Assembly: GCA_963667035.1 (NCBI GenBank)
Contig: OY762964.1
Location: forward strand, 2,880,001 to 2,944,000
Length of the DNA stretch: 64,000 nucleotides
Reading direction: 5' to 3'
Origin: Candidatus Cloacimonadales bacterium
Lineage (GTDB): Bacteria > Cloacimonadota > Cloacimonadia > Cloacimonadales > JAFGVF01
Below are positions 9,174 to 18,548 of this stretch, one piece after another. The stretch's first letter is position 1, and every line of letters begins with the position of its first letter. The notes under the pieces are model-generated. The model was not told the DNA's origin. It searched no databases and saw only the letters and a list, made by a program, of their open reading frames with translations. Position numbers and translations under genes: made by a program.

Positions 9174-10040
9174 ATGAAAAATATTACGATGAAAGGTAAC
9201 TCCGCAGAGGAAGTTATCAATGATTTTATGAAAGAGAATAATCTTTCAAAACGCGATTTTAATTATGAAATAATTCAAGAATCAGCGAAGGGATTTTTAG
9301 GTATATTTGGAAACAAACAGGCAGTTGTTAAATTTACGATTCAAGCCCCTGACGAATTAGTTGAAAGTTTTTTGATTGAACTATTTGAAAAGATGCAGAT
9401 TGAAAAACCGGGTATCGAGATGTCTATGGAAGACAAGGCTTTCTATGTCCGTATATTCCCTCGATCCGATGTGGGTTTACTTGTAGGAAAAGACGGACGC
9501 TTTATCGACCAATTGCAATATCTTCTTAACAGAGTTTTTGAAGAGCATAAGAGTGTAGGAAAGATTCTTTTAGATGTAGATAACTACAGAGAAAGGCAAA
9601 AAGAACAGTTTAGACAACGTATTTCCAAGCAAATTGCTAATTTCCAAGCAATGGAAAAGAAATATATCACTATTTTTAATCTGGATGCAGGAAGCAGAAG
9701 AATTGTTCATAGAGAAGTTGAGAAGATTTCTGGTCTTTCAACACTAACAATAGGTGATGGTAAACTAAAAAATGTTGTCGTTTTCAATAAGGAACAAGCC
9801 TCTGAAGATGACTTCAAGCACATGACTTACAGAGAGAAAAGAAAACCTCGTAGAAAACCTATTGATGGTCAGAAACCTGAAAACAATCATCGCAGAAGAG
9901 ACAATAGTGAGAGAAGTACTTCTCCTCGTAGTGAAAAAAGAGATAGTAGATCACGTAATGATAATACAAGAAAACGCTCAAACTATCGTCCTAGAAGAAG
10001 TAATGTAAATAGGAAACCACATACAGGTGAACAAGAATAG
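9174..10040 (+). CDS. jag: RNA-binding protein Jag/KhpB/EloR (Jag_N, KH, R3H) with Arg-rich tail
   Basis: KGFLGIFG, GLLVGKDG (KH GxxG), LDVDNYRE, RRIVH (R3H); follows yidC. Confidence 0.9.
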   Translation: MKNITMKGNSAEEVINDFMKENNLSKRDFNYEIIQESAKGFLGIFGNKQAVVKFTIQAPDELVESFLIELFEKMQIEKPGIEMSMEDKAFYVRIFPRSDVGLLVGKDGRFIDQLQYLLNRVFEEHKSVGKILLDVDNYRERQKEQFRQRISKQIANFQAMEKKYITIFNLDAGSRRIVHREVEKISGLSTLTIGDGKLKNVVVFNKEQASEDDFKHMTYREKRKPRRKPIDGQKPENNHRRRDNSERSTSPRSEKRDSRSRNDNTRKRSNYRPRRSNVNRKPHTGEQE

Positions 10041-10797
10041 TCTAATCCCAATCTGTGCAGGCTTTTATTCTACTGATGCAGGAGCATCAATGGGTGTAAT
10101 GCCTAGAGCTCTTTGGGAAAAGACGATTGAGATTGATAGATTACACCGTCAGAGAATCCGAATCAATCTTCTTTTGATTAAGCATAATGAACGCCTGATT
10201 CTTATTGATTCAGGGATAGGTAATAAACTACCTGATAAATTAAAAAAGATATATAATTACTCAGATTTCATTCTTCCTGAATCGTTGGAATCTGAGGGTT
10301 ATATACCTGAAGATATTACTGACGTTATTCTAACTCACTTGCACTTTGATCATGCAGGAGGTCTAATCTCTATTGATAATGAAGAGAAAAGATTGACATT
10401 TCCTAATGCAGTACATTGGATTCAAAAAGATGAGTGGAATATTGCAAAAAATCCCGATGCTTTAAATAAAGCTGCATATAATTATGAAAGAGATCTTTCA
10501 CTCCTAGAGGATGAAGGTACCATTAATCTTGTTAATGGAGATTTAGAATTGTATAAAGGGATTGAAGTAAAAAAGGTTGGTGGTCATACAGAAGGATTTC
10601 AGATTATTGAAATTGAAACGGCTACTCATAGAGCGATTTATGCAGGAGATATAATTCCGACTCAACATCATATAGATCTACCGGTTATTTCTGCTTATGA
10701 CATATCAAGAAAAGATTCATACAAAGCAAAAGAATATATTTTAAATTCAAATTCTACTGTATATTTTAGCCATGATCCTGAAATCTGGTTTATATAA
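10027..10797 (+). CDS. MBL-fold metallo-hydrolase (YtnP-like)
   Basis: DAGASMGVMPR, THLHFDHAGG, GHT, GD, HD metal ligands. Confidence 0.88.
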   Translation: MNKNSLIPICAGFYSTDAGASMGVMPRALWEKTIEIDRLHRQRIRINLLLIKHNERLILIDSGIGNKLPDKLKKIYNYSDFILPESLESEGYIPEDITDVILTHLHFDHAGGLISIDNEEKRLTFPNAVHWIQKDEWNIAKNPDALNKAAYNYERDLSLLEDEGTINLVNGDLELYKGIEVKKVGGHTEGFQIIEIETATHRAIYAGDIIPTQHHIDLPVISAYDISRKDSYKAKEYILNSNSTVYFSHDPEIWFI

Positions 10798-10808
10798 GTG
10801 AGGTGTCT

Positions 10809-11255
10809 ATGAAAGATTTGATTATGTATCCATTTGTCCAAGGTTTATTAATTGGAATTATTGCTGTTGTAATAGTGCTATTGAATACTGCTTTCAAAAT
10901 TGGCAACTACAAACGCGAGTTAAAAAAACTGAAAGATTTTTTAAACACTCAAATGGAAATCAATGCAAAAGGGAATGAATCTATTACTAAAGAACTTAAT
11001 CATCTAAAAGAAGTAAATCTAAACTTGAAAACGACAGTAAAAACATGGCAAACAAAACCATCTAAATCAGAGCTAAGATCTTTAATGGTTTATAACAGAG
11101 CTTTAGAAATACTATTTGAAAGAGAAAGAGGATTTACTACCTATTGGCAGCAAGCTGTTAAAGAAGCTGAATCTGAAATTGATAAGGCAGATAAAGGTGT
11201 AATTCCTTTAGTGAAAAAAATGATTACGGGACAGAAGTATACTCCTGACAGCTAG
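10809..11255 (+). CDS. Hypothetical membrane-anchored coiled-coil protein
   Basis: N-terminal TM helix followed by heptad-like region. GAGG RBS before ATG 10809 (track start 10803). Confidence 0.7.
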   Translation: MKDLIMYPFVQGLLIGIIAVVIVLLNTAFKIGNYKRELKKLKDFLNTQMEINAKGNESITKELNHLKEVNLNLKTTVKTWQTKPSKSELRSLMVYNRALEILFERERGFTTYWQQAVKEAESEIDKADKGVIPLVKKMITGQKYTPDS

Positions 11256-11271
11256 AAGTTTTAAACTACTA

Positions 11272-11300
11272 TAAAAGCAGAGCTTATGGCTCTATTTTTT
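11272..11300 (+). terminator. Putative intrinsic terminator
   Basis: AGAGC-TTATG-GCTCT stem followed by a T-tract. Confidence 0.55.
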
Positions 11301-11496
11301 ATTGTATCGTAGTCAGAGTATTTGTATAAGCTCGATTTGCATTCTAAAAAGAATAGGATATTTGTATAAATTGAAGTATCATATCATTAACTAAGTAGAT
11401 ATTCATCTCATCATCATTGTTGCTATTGTTTTGTGAAAAGTATTATTATTGACATAAAAGCTGAGGCAATCTGCTTGACCGAAAATGATATTATAG

Positions 11497-12645
11497 GTGG
11501 AGTTAATGAAGAAATCTAAGTTTTTACAGAAACGACGATATGAAGCATTTGTATTCTTACTTATCTCTGGAGGTATACTCTGGTATTTAGGTAGTAAGAT
11601 GTCAGCAAGTAATCTATTATCCTCAATAATGAATACTGCCCACGACTTACTATTGAACACAGTTTTCTATATTATGGCAATAACTGTTCTAGCAGGAGCA
11701 TTTGGTAAACTGATGATTGAATTCGGAGTTGTAAGGTTACTGGAAGTAATTTTAGCCCCATTGATGAGACCTTTGTTCAACCTTCCAGGAGTTGCATCAA
11801 TAGGAGCATTGATGACATTCTTTTCGGATAATCCGGCAATTATAAGTTTGGCTAAAGATAAGAATTTCAGAGCTTATTTCAAAAAATATGAACTTATATC
11901 CTTAACAAACTTCGGAACCGCTTTCGGCATGGGACTAATCGTGATAAGTTTCATGATTGGAAAAGGTTTTTTTACAAGTGCTATTATTGGACTTGCCGGA
12001 AGTATTGTTGGTTCTATTAGTTCTACTAGAATTATGCAAAATCTGATTAAGAAACAATTTCATGAGATACCTCTCAATAATGATATAAACAAAGAAGATG
12101 ATATCTCATTTAGTACTGAAGGCTCTGTTTTTCAACGCTTCTTAAATGCAATATTGGATGGTGGAAAATCGGGAGTTGACTTAGGATTAGCGATTATACC
12201 GGGTGTTCTTACTATTAGTACTTTCATCATGTTGATAACTTTTGGTCCTAAGGACTCTTTAGTTGGTTATCAAGGATTAGCTTACGAGGGAGTTCCGCTA
12301 TTACCTAAAATTGCCGGTATCCTAGCAATTCCCTTCAAATACCTGTTTGGTTTTGAGAATCCTGGAGCAATTGCTTTTCCGATTACTGCTCTTGGTGCTG
12401 TAGGTGCTGCACTATCTTTAATTCCTCGCTATCTTGAGACAGGAATAGCCGGAGCAAATGAAATAGCGGTCTTCACTGCAATGGGAATGTGTTGGAGTGG
12501 CTATTTAAGTACACATACCGCCATGCTTGATGCTTTAGGTTATCGAAAGCTTACTTCAAAAGCACTGATTTCTCATACAATCGGTGGTTTGGTTGCAGGA
12601 ATCTGTGCCCACTATCTGTTTTTATTAGTGAAACTATTTCAGTAA
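11497..12645 (+). CDS. Multi-pass membrane protein, nucleoside-recognition (Gate)-like, CD0519/CD1768-type
   Basis: PLFNLPG, SDNPAII, TNFGTAFGMG, WSGYLSTH. Start may be ATG 11506. Confidence 0.7.
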   Translation: MELMKKSKFLQKRRYEAFVFLLISGGILWYLGSKMSASNLLSSIMNTAHDLLLNTVFYIMAITVLAGAFGKLMIEFGVVRLLEVILAPLMRPLFNLPGVASIGALMTFFSDNPAIISLAKDKNFRAYFKKYELISLTNFGTAFGMGLIVISFMIGKGFFTSAIIGLAGSIVGSISSTRIMQNLIKKQFHEIPLNNDINKEDDISFSTEGSVFQRFLNAILDGGKSGVDLGLAIIPGVLTISTFIMLITFGPKDSLVGYQGLAYEGVPLLPKIAGILAIPFKYLFGFENPGAIAFPITALGAVGAALSLIPRYLETGIAGANEIAVFTAMGMCWSGYLSTHTAMLDALGYRKLTSKALISHTIGGLVAGICAHYLFLLVKLFQ

Positions 12646-12663
12646 ATGAATCAAATTCTTACA

Positions 12664-12693
12664 GTCACCTCAATAACTAACTATTGAGGTGAC
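12664..12693 (+). terminator. 12-bp hairpin after the membrane protein gene
   Basis: GTCACCTCAATA-N6-TATTGAGGTGAC; no strong U-tract. Confidence 0.55.
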
Positions 12694-12829
12694 CGTGAGC
12701 TTAACAAAGTTATACATTAACCTCCTAAATGCCAATTAAGTAATTATATCCTGACAATCAAATAAGTAAACATTGACAATTCATTTTCTAATGCCTTTTC
12801 TGACATAAAAATATCAAGGAAGGAATAAA

Positions 12830-13447
12830 ATGGGAGTTACAAAACTATCTGTTCAGGAAAAAAAGTTAAAGAAAAGAGATGCAATCATTAAATCAGCAAT
12901 AGAGATATTTGGTCAAAAGGGCTTCTATAATGCCAAGATAGGAGATATAGCAAAAAAATCCAAAGTTGCTGACGGTACTGTTTATCTGTACTTTAAAAAC
13001 AAAGATGATTTGATGATTCAAGCCATGAAAGAATTACTTCATGAAAAATTGGATAGAATGAAAAGAAATCTCTCGGTCGAAAAGAGAGGTGTTAAAAAAC
13101 TTTATAAATTCTATAAGATGCATGCTGAAATGCTTACTAATGATATTGATGTAGCAAGATTTATAACTGTTGAGTTAAGACAATGTAAAGAGTTTTACGA
13201 GAAGTATCCCGAGTTTACTCCTATCAACGAATACATTGATTTTGTTGAGGATATCATTAAACAAGCAATTGAAGAGGGTGACATAGTGCGTAGTATTGAT
13301 CCAAGGATTTATGCTATGATGTTCCTTGGTACACTAGATTTTGTTGTAACTCAATGGGTTTTGGATAAAAATGAAATCAGCTTAGATGATGTAGTAGAAC
13401 AAATTGCCCATCTCTTTAGGTTGAACATTGAAGACCTTCAGTTATAA
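12830..13447 (+). CDS. TetR/AcrR-family transcriptional regulator
   Basis: DIAKKSKVADGTVYLYFKNKDDL helix-turn-helix. Confidence 0.92.
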   Translation: MGVTKLSVQEKKLKKRDAIIKSAIEIFGQKGFYNAKIGDIAKKSKVADGTVYLYFKNKDDLMIQAMKELLHEKLDRMKRNLSVEKRGVKKLYKFYKMHAEMLTNDIDVARFITVELRQCKEFYEKYPEFTPINEYIDFVEDIIKQAIEEGDIVRSIDPRIYAMMFLGTLDFVVTQWVLDKNEISLDDVVEQIAHLFRLNIEDLQL

Positions 13448-13535
13448 TCTCAATTGTTATAGACAGATAATTGAATATATTATAAGTTGTATATCTAGAT
13501 TTATTAATATAATACGTGCACACATTTCTTCAACT

Positions 13536-13553
13536 TAGGAATTGTAATTGCAT
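13536..13553 (+). promoter_or_regulatory. Putative sigma-54 (-24/-12) promoter
   Basis: TAGG-AATTGTAATT-GCAT (GG-N10-GC), 57 bp upstream of the C25 gene. Confidence 0.55.
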
Positions 13554-13608
13554 AAAAATATTTATTAAGATTTGTAATAGTAAAAAGTGATATAAACATG
13601 GAGGAAGA

Positions 13609-16600
13609 ATGAAAAAATTGAGCCTAGCTATAATGTTAGTTTTGCTAACAGGGCTACTTTTAGGTGAAACTGTGAAGATTTCATCGGGAATGAATTCAGT
13701 TCGTTTAATATCGTCTGATCGAAATACTACTGTACTCTCCCTAACAATAAACGAGTTTGAGAAAAGCAGTATAAGAATTGCTGGAGAAGATTATAGTGTT
13801 ATCAGCTTAGATAAAGAGCCACTTAGTCAAGTTAAGGGAGCTCCTATGCTACCCGAAGTTAATAGAAGTATAGTTATCCCTGCATTCACAAATTCTGAAA
13901 TTAGAGTATTGGAAAGTAGCTATAAAGATTATGATATGAATATTGCACCATCTAAAGGTCCGATTACAAGAGATATTAATCCTGAAGACGTTGCCTATAC
14001 TTTTGGTCCTGCATATAGCATAAATTCATTTTATCCCGCTGATATAACCGAGTTAAGTGAACCATATATTCTGAGAGACATGAGAGGTATTGTAGTTAAG
14101 TTTAAGCCTTTTATCTATAATCCTGTTACAAAGACATTGAGAGTTTATACTAATTTACTGGTTGAAGTTGAAAATAGCGGTATTAACATGGAGAATTCAC
14201 TTTCTAGGGAAACAAATTCCTACAGCAAAGAGTTTATTTCTTTATATGAAAACCATTTTATGAATTTCTCAACTCAGAGATATACTCCTGTTGAAGAAAC
14301 AGGCTCACTTTTAGCAATTGCTCCAACCCAATATATGGATTTAATGCAAGAATATGTAGATTGGAAGAATCAAAAAGGTATCCCCTCCGAACTTGTTGAG
14401 CTTTCAACCATTGGAACAACTGCAACAGAGATTCAGTCCTACATTCAAAACTATTATGACAACAATCCTAATCTAACATTTGTTCAATTGGCTGGAGATG
14501 CACCTCAATTACCTGCATTAAGTCATGTATATCAATATCAAACAGGTGGGGCCGATCCTATCTTAGCTTTGGTAAATGGTACTGATTCTTATCCGGATTT
14601 GTTCGTAGGAAGATTTTCTGCGGAAACAGTCGATCAATTAGAAACACAAATTGATAGAGTAATCTGGTATGAAAGAGATATAGATGAAACTGCAGAATGG
14701 TTGAATAATGCTATGGGTATTGCTTCAGATGAAGGTGGTACAAATGGTAATGGCGATATGGGCGAATCTGATATCATTCATATGAATAATATTAGAACAG
14801 ACCTTAATGACTACGGCTATCAGACAATTGATCAAGTATATGATCCAAGTGCTAGTTCATCTTCAGTTGCAAATAATGTCAATCAAGGTAGAGGTTTTAT
14901 AAATTATGTGGGGCATGGCTCAACAACTGCTTGGTATACAACAGGTTTTAGTGTAAGCAATTGTAATCAATTAACTAATAACTATAAACTTCCTTTCATT
15001 GTTAGCGTTGCGTGTATAAATGGTAACTTTGTTTCGAATACATGCTTTGCTGAAGCCTGGACTAGAGCTACTAACGGTGATGCTCCTACAGGTGCTATTG
15101 CTTTCTATGGATCCTCAGTTAATCAGGATTGGAATTCACCAATGAGGGGACAAGACGAAATAGTCGACTTACTTATTGCTGAAGAGAAAACCTCGGTAGG
15201 TGGATTATTCTATAATGGTTCTTGCGAAATGATGGATAACTATGGCTCTGTTGGACAAAGTATGTATAAAACATGGAATATTTTCGGAGATGCATCTCTG
15301 ATGGTTAGAACTAAACAACCTAGTGAAATGACTGTATCACATATGCCGACTTTCTTCTTAGGTGCAACTTCATTCAATGTTTCTGTCTCAAATCTCGACA
15401 ACAATAATCAAGCTTTAGTTAGTATCTCTGAAAATGGTGTGATGCTTGGATCAGGATATACCGATAACACTGGCATTGCAGAGGTTGAACTTGATTCAAC
15501 ACCTTCCGAACCTACAACCCTTACTATAACAGTAACTGCTTTTAATAAAATTACTTATACTGCTGATTTGTTAGTTACATCAGCCCAAGGTCCTTACATT
15601 GTAGTGAATGACTTAGCTTTCACAAATCCTGATGATGCTCAATTCGGTAGAACAGGTATCTTGAATATATCTCTTGAGAATGTAGGTATAGATGATTCTA
15701 GTGAATTAAATATTAGCATTGCTTCAGATGATTCAAATATTGTTATCTCACAATCAGAAGCTACATCAAATGCAATTGCTACTAATAATGTTACTACTAT
15801 AGATAATGCTTTCACTGTTCAGATTAGTGACTCAATTACTGATCAATACATTATTCCGATAACTGTCACAATTACCGATAATGCAGATAACTCATGGATT
15901 ACAGAAAAGCAACTTCTAGTTAATGCCCCATCGTTAACTGTAGAATCAGTTAATTGGACAGAAATAAGTGGAAATGGTAATACACTAATTGATCAAGGAG
16001 AGATTTGGAATTTACAGTTTATTGCTGTTAATAATGGACATGCAACAACAAGAAATGGTTATACTACTCTTACATTTGAAAATGATATGGTTAGCTACAT
16101 ACCTTCAGAAATCCCATACTTCACAAGACTAGGTATAGGAGCTAGTGTAATTGGTAATTATAATGTTGCCTTTAGCAGTCAAATTGCTACCCCTGAAACC
16201 ATAGGCTTTGAATATGGTATAGTTGCAGGAAATTATGTTTATGAATCATCTGATTCCATTATTCTTGGACTAACTATGGAAACATTCGATAATAGTTTCT
16301 ATAACTACGAGTATACATTTAGTGGTGGTGATTGGACTATCGATTCCAATGGAAGCCATGACGGTGCTGCAGCAAAATCACCAGATATTGGTAATAGTTC
16401 AGTGACTTCTATGCAAGTCACTATGAATGTTGTGCAAGCAGGTCAAATATCATTCTGGAAAAGAGTATCCTCTGAATTGAGTTATGATTGTTTAAAATTC
16501 TATATTGATAACCAAGCCCAAGATGAGTGGTCGGGTACTGTGAATTGGTCACAGAATACTTATGATGTTACTGCAGGCAATCATACATTTAAATGGGAAT

Positions 16601-17319
16601 ACTCAAAAGACTGGATGTCATCAAGTGGAGATGATTGCGTTTGGGTTGACGATATTATTTATCCTTTCGTCCCTGCATCTCAAGGAGCTCCTGATTTTTC
16701 AATAGACACTTTAAATATTGATTTTGGTGAAGTTTCTGTAGGACAAGAGAATTCGCAGAGCATCACGATATCTAACTCTGGCGATGGTATAATGATAGGC
16801 CGAATAAATTCTATAAGCCCAGATTTCACTATAAGGAAAAATGAAGTCAATTATGATGAGCTTTCTTATTACATGGAATCAGGTCAGTCATTTGAATTTG
16901 AGATTGCTTTTACTCCAACAGAACTCGGTAATCTATCTGAGCAGATTATTGTATTTAGCGATGATCCAAATAATTTGGAAACTGGTATTCTAGTATACGG
17001 TGTCGGAAGACCAACTGATAATAATGACAATGTAGCCGTTTATTCAACATCGCTTAAAGGTAATTATCCTAATCCGTTTAATCCTGAAACAAATATTTCT
17101 TTCTCTCTGAAAGATAACAGTAACGTAAAAATAGAAATCTATAATATACTTGGTAAAAAGATTAACACTATCATGAATGCTGAGATGACTAAAGGTAATC
17201 ATACAGTCGTCTGGAAAGGAATTGATACTAATGGTAAGCAGGTATCTAGCGGTATATATTTTTATAGAATGACTGCTGGTAAATATAAAGAAACTAATAA
17301 GATGATACTAATGAAGTAA
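13609..17319 (+). CDS. Secreted C25 cysteine peptidase, Arg-gingipain-like, with propeptide, Ig-like domains and T9SS/FlgD-Ig CTD
   Basis: Signal peptide, GIASDEGG...GESDIIH, NYVGHG (His), VACING (Cys), C-terminal NYPNPFNP...SSGIYFY...KMILMK. Confidence 0.92.
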   Translation: MKKLSLAIMLVLLTGLLLGETVKISSGMNSVRLISSDRNTTVLSLTINEFEKSSIRIAGEDYSVISLDKEPLSQVKGAPMLPEVNRSIVIPAFTNSEIRVLESSYKDYDMNIAPSKGPITRDINPEDVAYTFGPAYSINSFYPADITELSEPYILRDMRGIVVKFKPFIYNPVTKTLRVYTNLLVEVENSGINMENSLSRETNSYSKEFISLYENHFMNFSTQRYTPVEETGSLLAIAPTQYMDLMQEYVDWKNQKGIPSELVELSTIGTTATEIQSYIQNYYDNNPNLTFVQLAGDAPQLPALSHVYQYQTGGADPILALVNGTDSYPDLFVGRFSAETVDQLETQIDRVIWYERDIDETAEWLNNAMGIASDEGGTNGNGDMGESDIIHMNNIRTDLNDYGYQTIDQVYDPSASSSSVANNVNQGRGFINYVGHGSTTAWYTTGFSVSNCNQLTNNYKLPFIVSVACINGNFVSNTCFAEAWTRATNGDAPTGAIAFYGSSVNQDWNSPMRGQDEIVDLLIAEEKTSVGGLFYNGSCEMMDNYGSVGQSMYKTWNIFGDASLMVRTKQPSEMTVSHMPTFFLGATSFNVSVSNLDNNNQALVSISENGVMLGSGYTDNTGIAEVELDSTPSEPTTLTITVTAFNKITYTADLLVTSAQGPYIVVNDLAFTNPDDAQFGRTGILNISLENVGIDDSSELNISIASDDSNIVISQSEATSNAIATNNVTTIDNAFTVQISDSITDQYIIPITVTITDNADNSWITEKQLLVNAPSLTVESVNWTEISGNGNTLIDQGEIWNLQFIAVNNGHATTRNGYTTLTFENDMVSYIPSEIPYFTRLGIGASVIGNYNVAFSSQIATPETIGFEYGIVAGNYVYESSDSIILGLTMETFDNSFYNYEYTFSGGDWTIDSNGSHDGAAAKSPDIGNSSVTSMQVTMNVVQAGQISFWKRVSSELSYDCLKFYIDNQAQDEWSGTVNWSQNTYDVTAGNHTFKWEYSKDWMSSSGDDCVWVDDIIYPFVPASQGAPDFSIDTLNIDFGEVSVGQENSQSITISNSGDGIMIGRINSISPDFTIRKNEVNYDELSYYMESGQSFEFEIAFTPTELGNLSEQIIVFSDDPNNLETGILVYGVGRPTDNNDNVAVYSTSLKGNYPNPFNPETNISFSLKDNSNVKIEIYNILGKKINTIMNAEMTKGNHTVVWKGIDTNGKQVSSGIYFYRMTAGKYKETNKMILMK

Positions 17320-17344
17320 AAATAGTAATAACTCACACAGAAAT

Positions 17345-17375
17345 AAGGCTGTTAAGAAAACAGCCTTTTCTTTTT
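17345..17375 (+). terminator. Intrinsic terminator
   Basis: AAGGCTGTT-AAGAA-AACAGCCTT followed by TTCTTTTT. Confidence 0.85.
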
Positions 17376-17461
17376 ACCCTCATAATTCACTTCATGTTAA
17401 ATCTATAATTAGACAACTATAATATAAATTGATTGACAATATGCTAATGTTAAATTTAACT

Positions 17462-17739
17462 CTGCAGTATTAATATATAATGCTTTGTTAAAAACTCGCA
17501 AGAATGCGAATAAGGTCAACCTCGTCAAGCATATAGACGAGGTCAGTTAGTAGCGGATGTCATTAAGTATCAAGAGTATGGTAAAAGTATTTTGCATGGA
17601 ATGGAATAATTATAGCATGGGAAGACCATTCTGTGTAGTGGCAAATTTTACCTGCTCATTACTCCCCTTGGTACTAGGACATAATTATTGTTACTACTGA
17701 AATAGTGCAGTAGGGGTAGGTCTTTTCTCCCTACCCCTA
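17462..17739 (+). ncRNA. Unclassified structured RNA candidate
   Basis: Two small hairpins, a ~156-nt G-U-rich rod (17544-17699) and a 10-bp 3' hairpin. TTGACA at 17433 lies after the upstream gene's terminator. Confidence 0.6.
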
Positions 17740-17876
17740 ATTACTAGTAATATGATTTTATGCCTCTAATAGTTTATTATTGAAACTCAATATAATATGC
17801 TCCTCTGATTAACAGCCATTACTTATAGCGACAATTAACTTGACCCTAATACTTACTATTTTAATGATGATTAGTT

Positions 17877-18479
17877 ATGGATAATAAAGAATTAACAACT
17901 TATGAGTTCTACGAAAAGAATTGGAAGGACTACGGTAATAAAACTGTCAATATTATACCGTATAGCTTTATAAAAAGCTTTTTAAGATTAATTCCTGATA
18001 AAAAAGATCTTATACTGGAATTAGGGAGCGGTTCTGGCAATTGTTTAAAACACATTCAGGAAGAAGGTTTTAATATCTGTGGAAGCGATTATATTATTGA
18101 TATAGTGCTAAATCTAAAACAGAAAGTTGATTGCTGTTCTTATGTTATTGATTTCTCTGATATTGAGTTCTTAAACTCTTTTATTGGGAACACGACAGTA
18201 AAACATGTTTTTGCTAACGCAGCTTTGCAACATCTTGATGTTTCAAGTTTGTTAAATTTATTAAGGAATATCAATATTGAAGGTTTTCTGGGATTTAACC
18301 TAAAGGAAGGTTCTGGAGAAATCTTACTTGAAGATGGAAGAAAAGAAATGCGTTATCAAAAAAGACAGATTGAACGAATTCTTAATGAGAAATATGATAT
18401 TGTTTATTTTGAGAAAACTGATGATTTGATGGGAAGAAATTTTAGCTGGTTGAACTGGATTACTCAAATCAAAAAGTGA
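17877..18479 (+). CDS. Class I SAM-dependent methyltransferase
   Basis: ILELGSGSG motif I; ANAALQHL. Confidence 0.8.
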   Translation: MDNKELTTYEFYEKNWKDYGNKTVNIIPYSFIKSFLRLIPDKKDLILELGSGSGNCLKHIQEEGFNICGSDYIIDIVLNLKQKVDCCSYVIDFSDIEFLNSFIGNTTVKHVFANAALQHLDVSSLLNLLRNINIEGFLGFNLKEGSGEILLEDGRKEMRYQKRQIERILNEKYDIVYFEKTDDLMGRNFSWLNWITQIKK

Positions 18480-18482
18480 ATT

Positions 18483-18500
18483 TAGGAACTAATTTTGCAC
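18483..18500 (+). promoter_or_regulatory. Putative sigma-54 (-24/-12) promoter
   Basis: TAGG-AACTAATTTT-GCAC (GG-N10-GC), 50 bp upstream of the second C25 gene. Confidence 0.6.
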
Positions 18501-18548
18501 GTGGAAATATAAACACTAGATTTTTATATAGATATATAAGGAGATTAA

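Noticed and set aside
17557..17700. 47-codon ORF inside the structured region
   Set aside because: No RBS or recognisable motif; the nested G-U pairing is better explained by RNA structure.
17462..17739. Assignment of the RNA candidate to SRP, tmRNA, RNase P or group II intron
   Set aside because: No SRP helix-8 motif, tRNA-like ends, GAGGAAAGUCC or domain V sequence found. 6S is not excluded but cannot be supported by eye.
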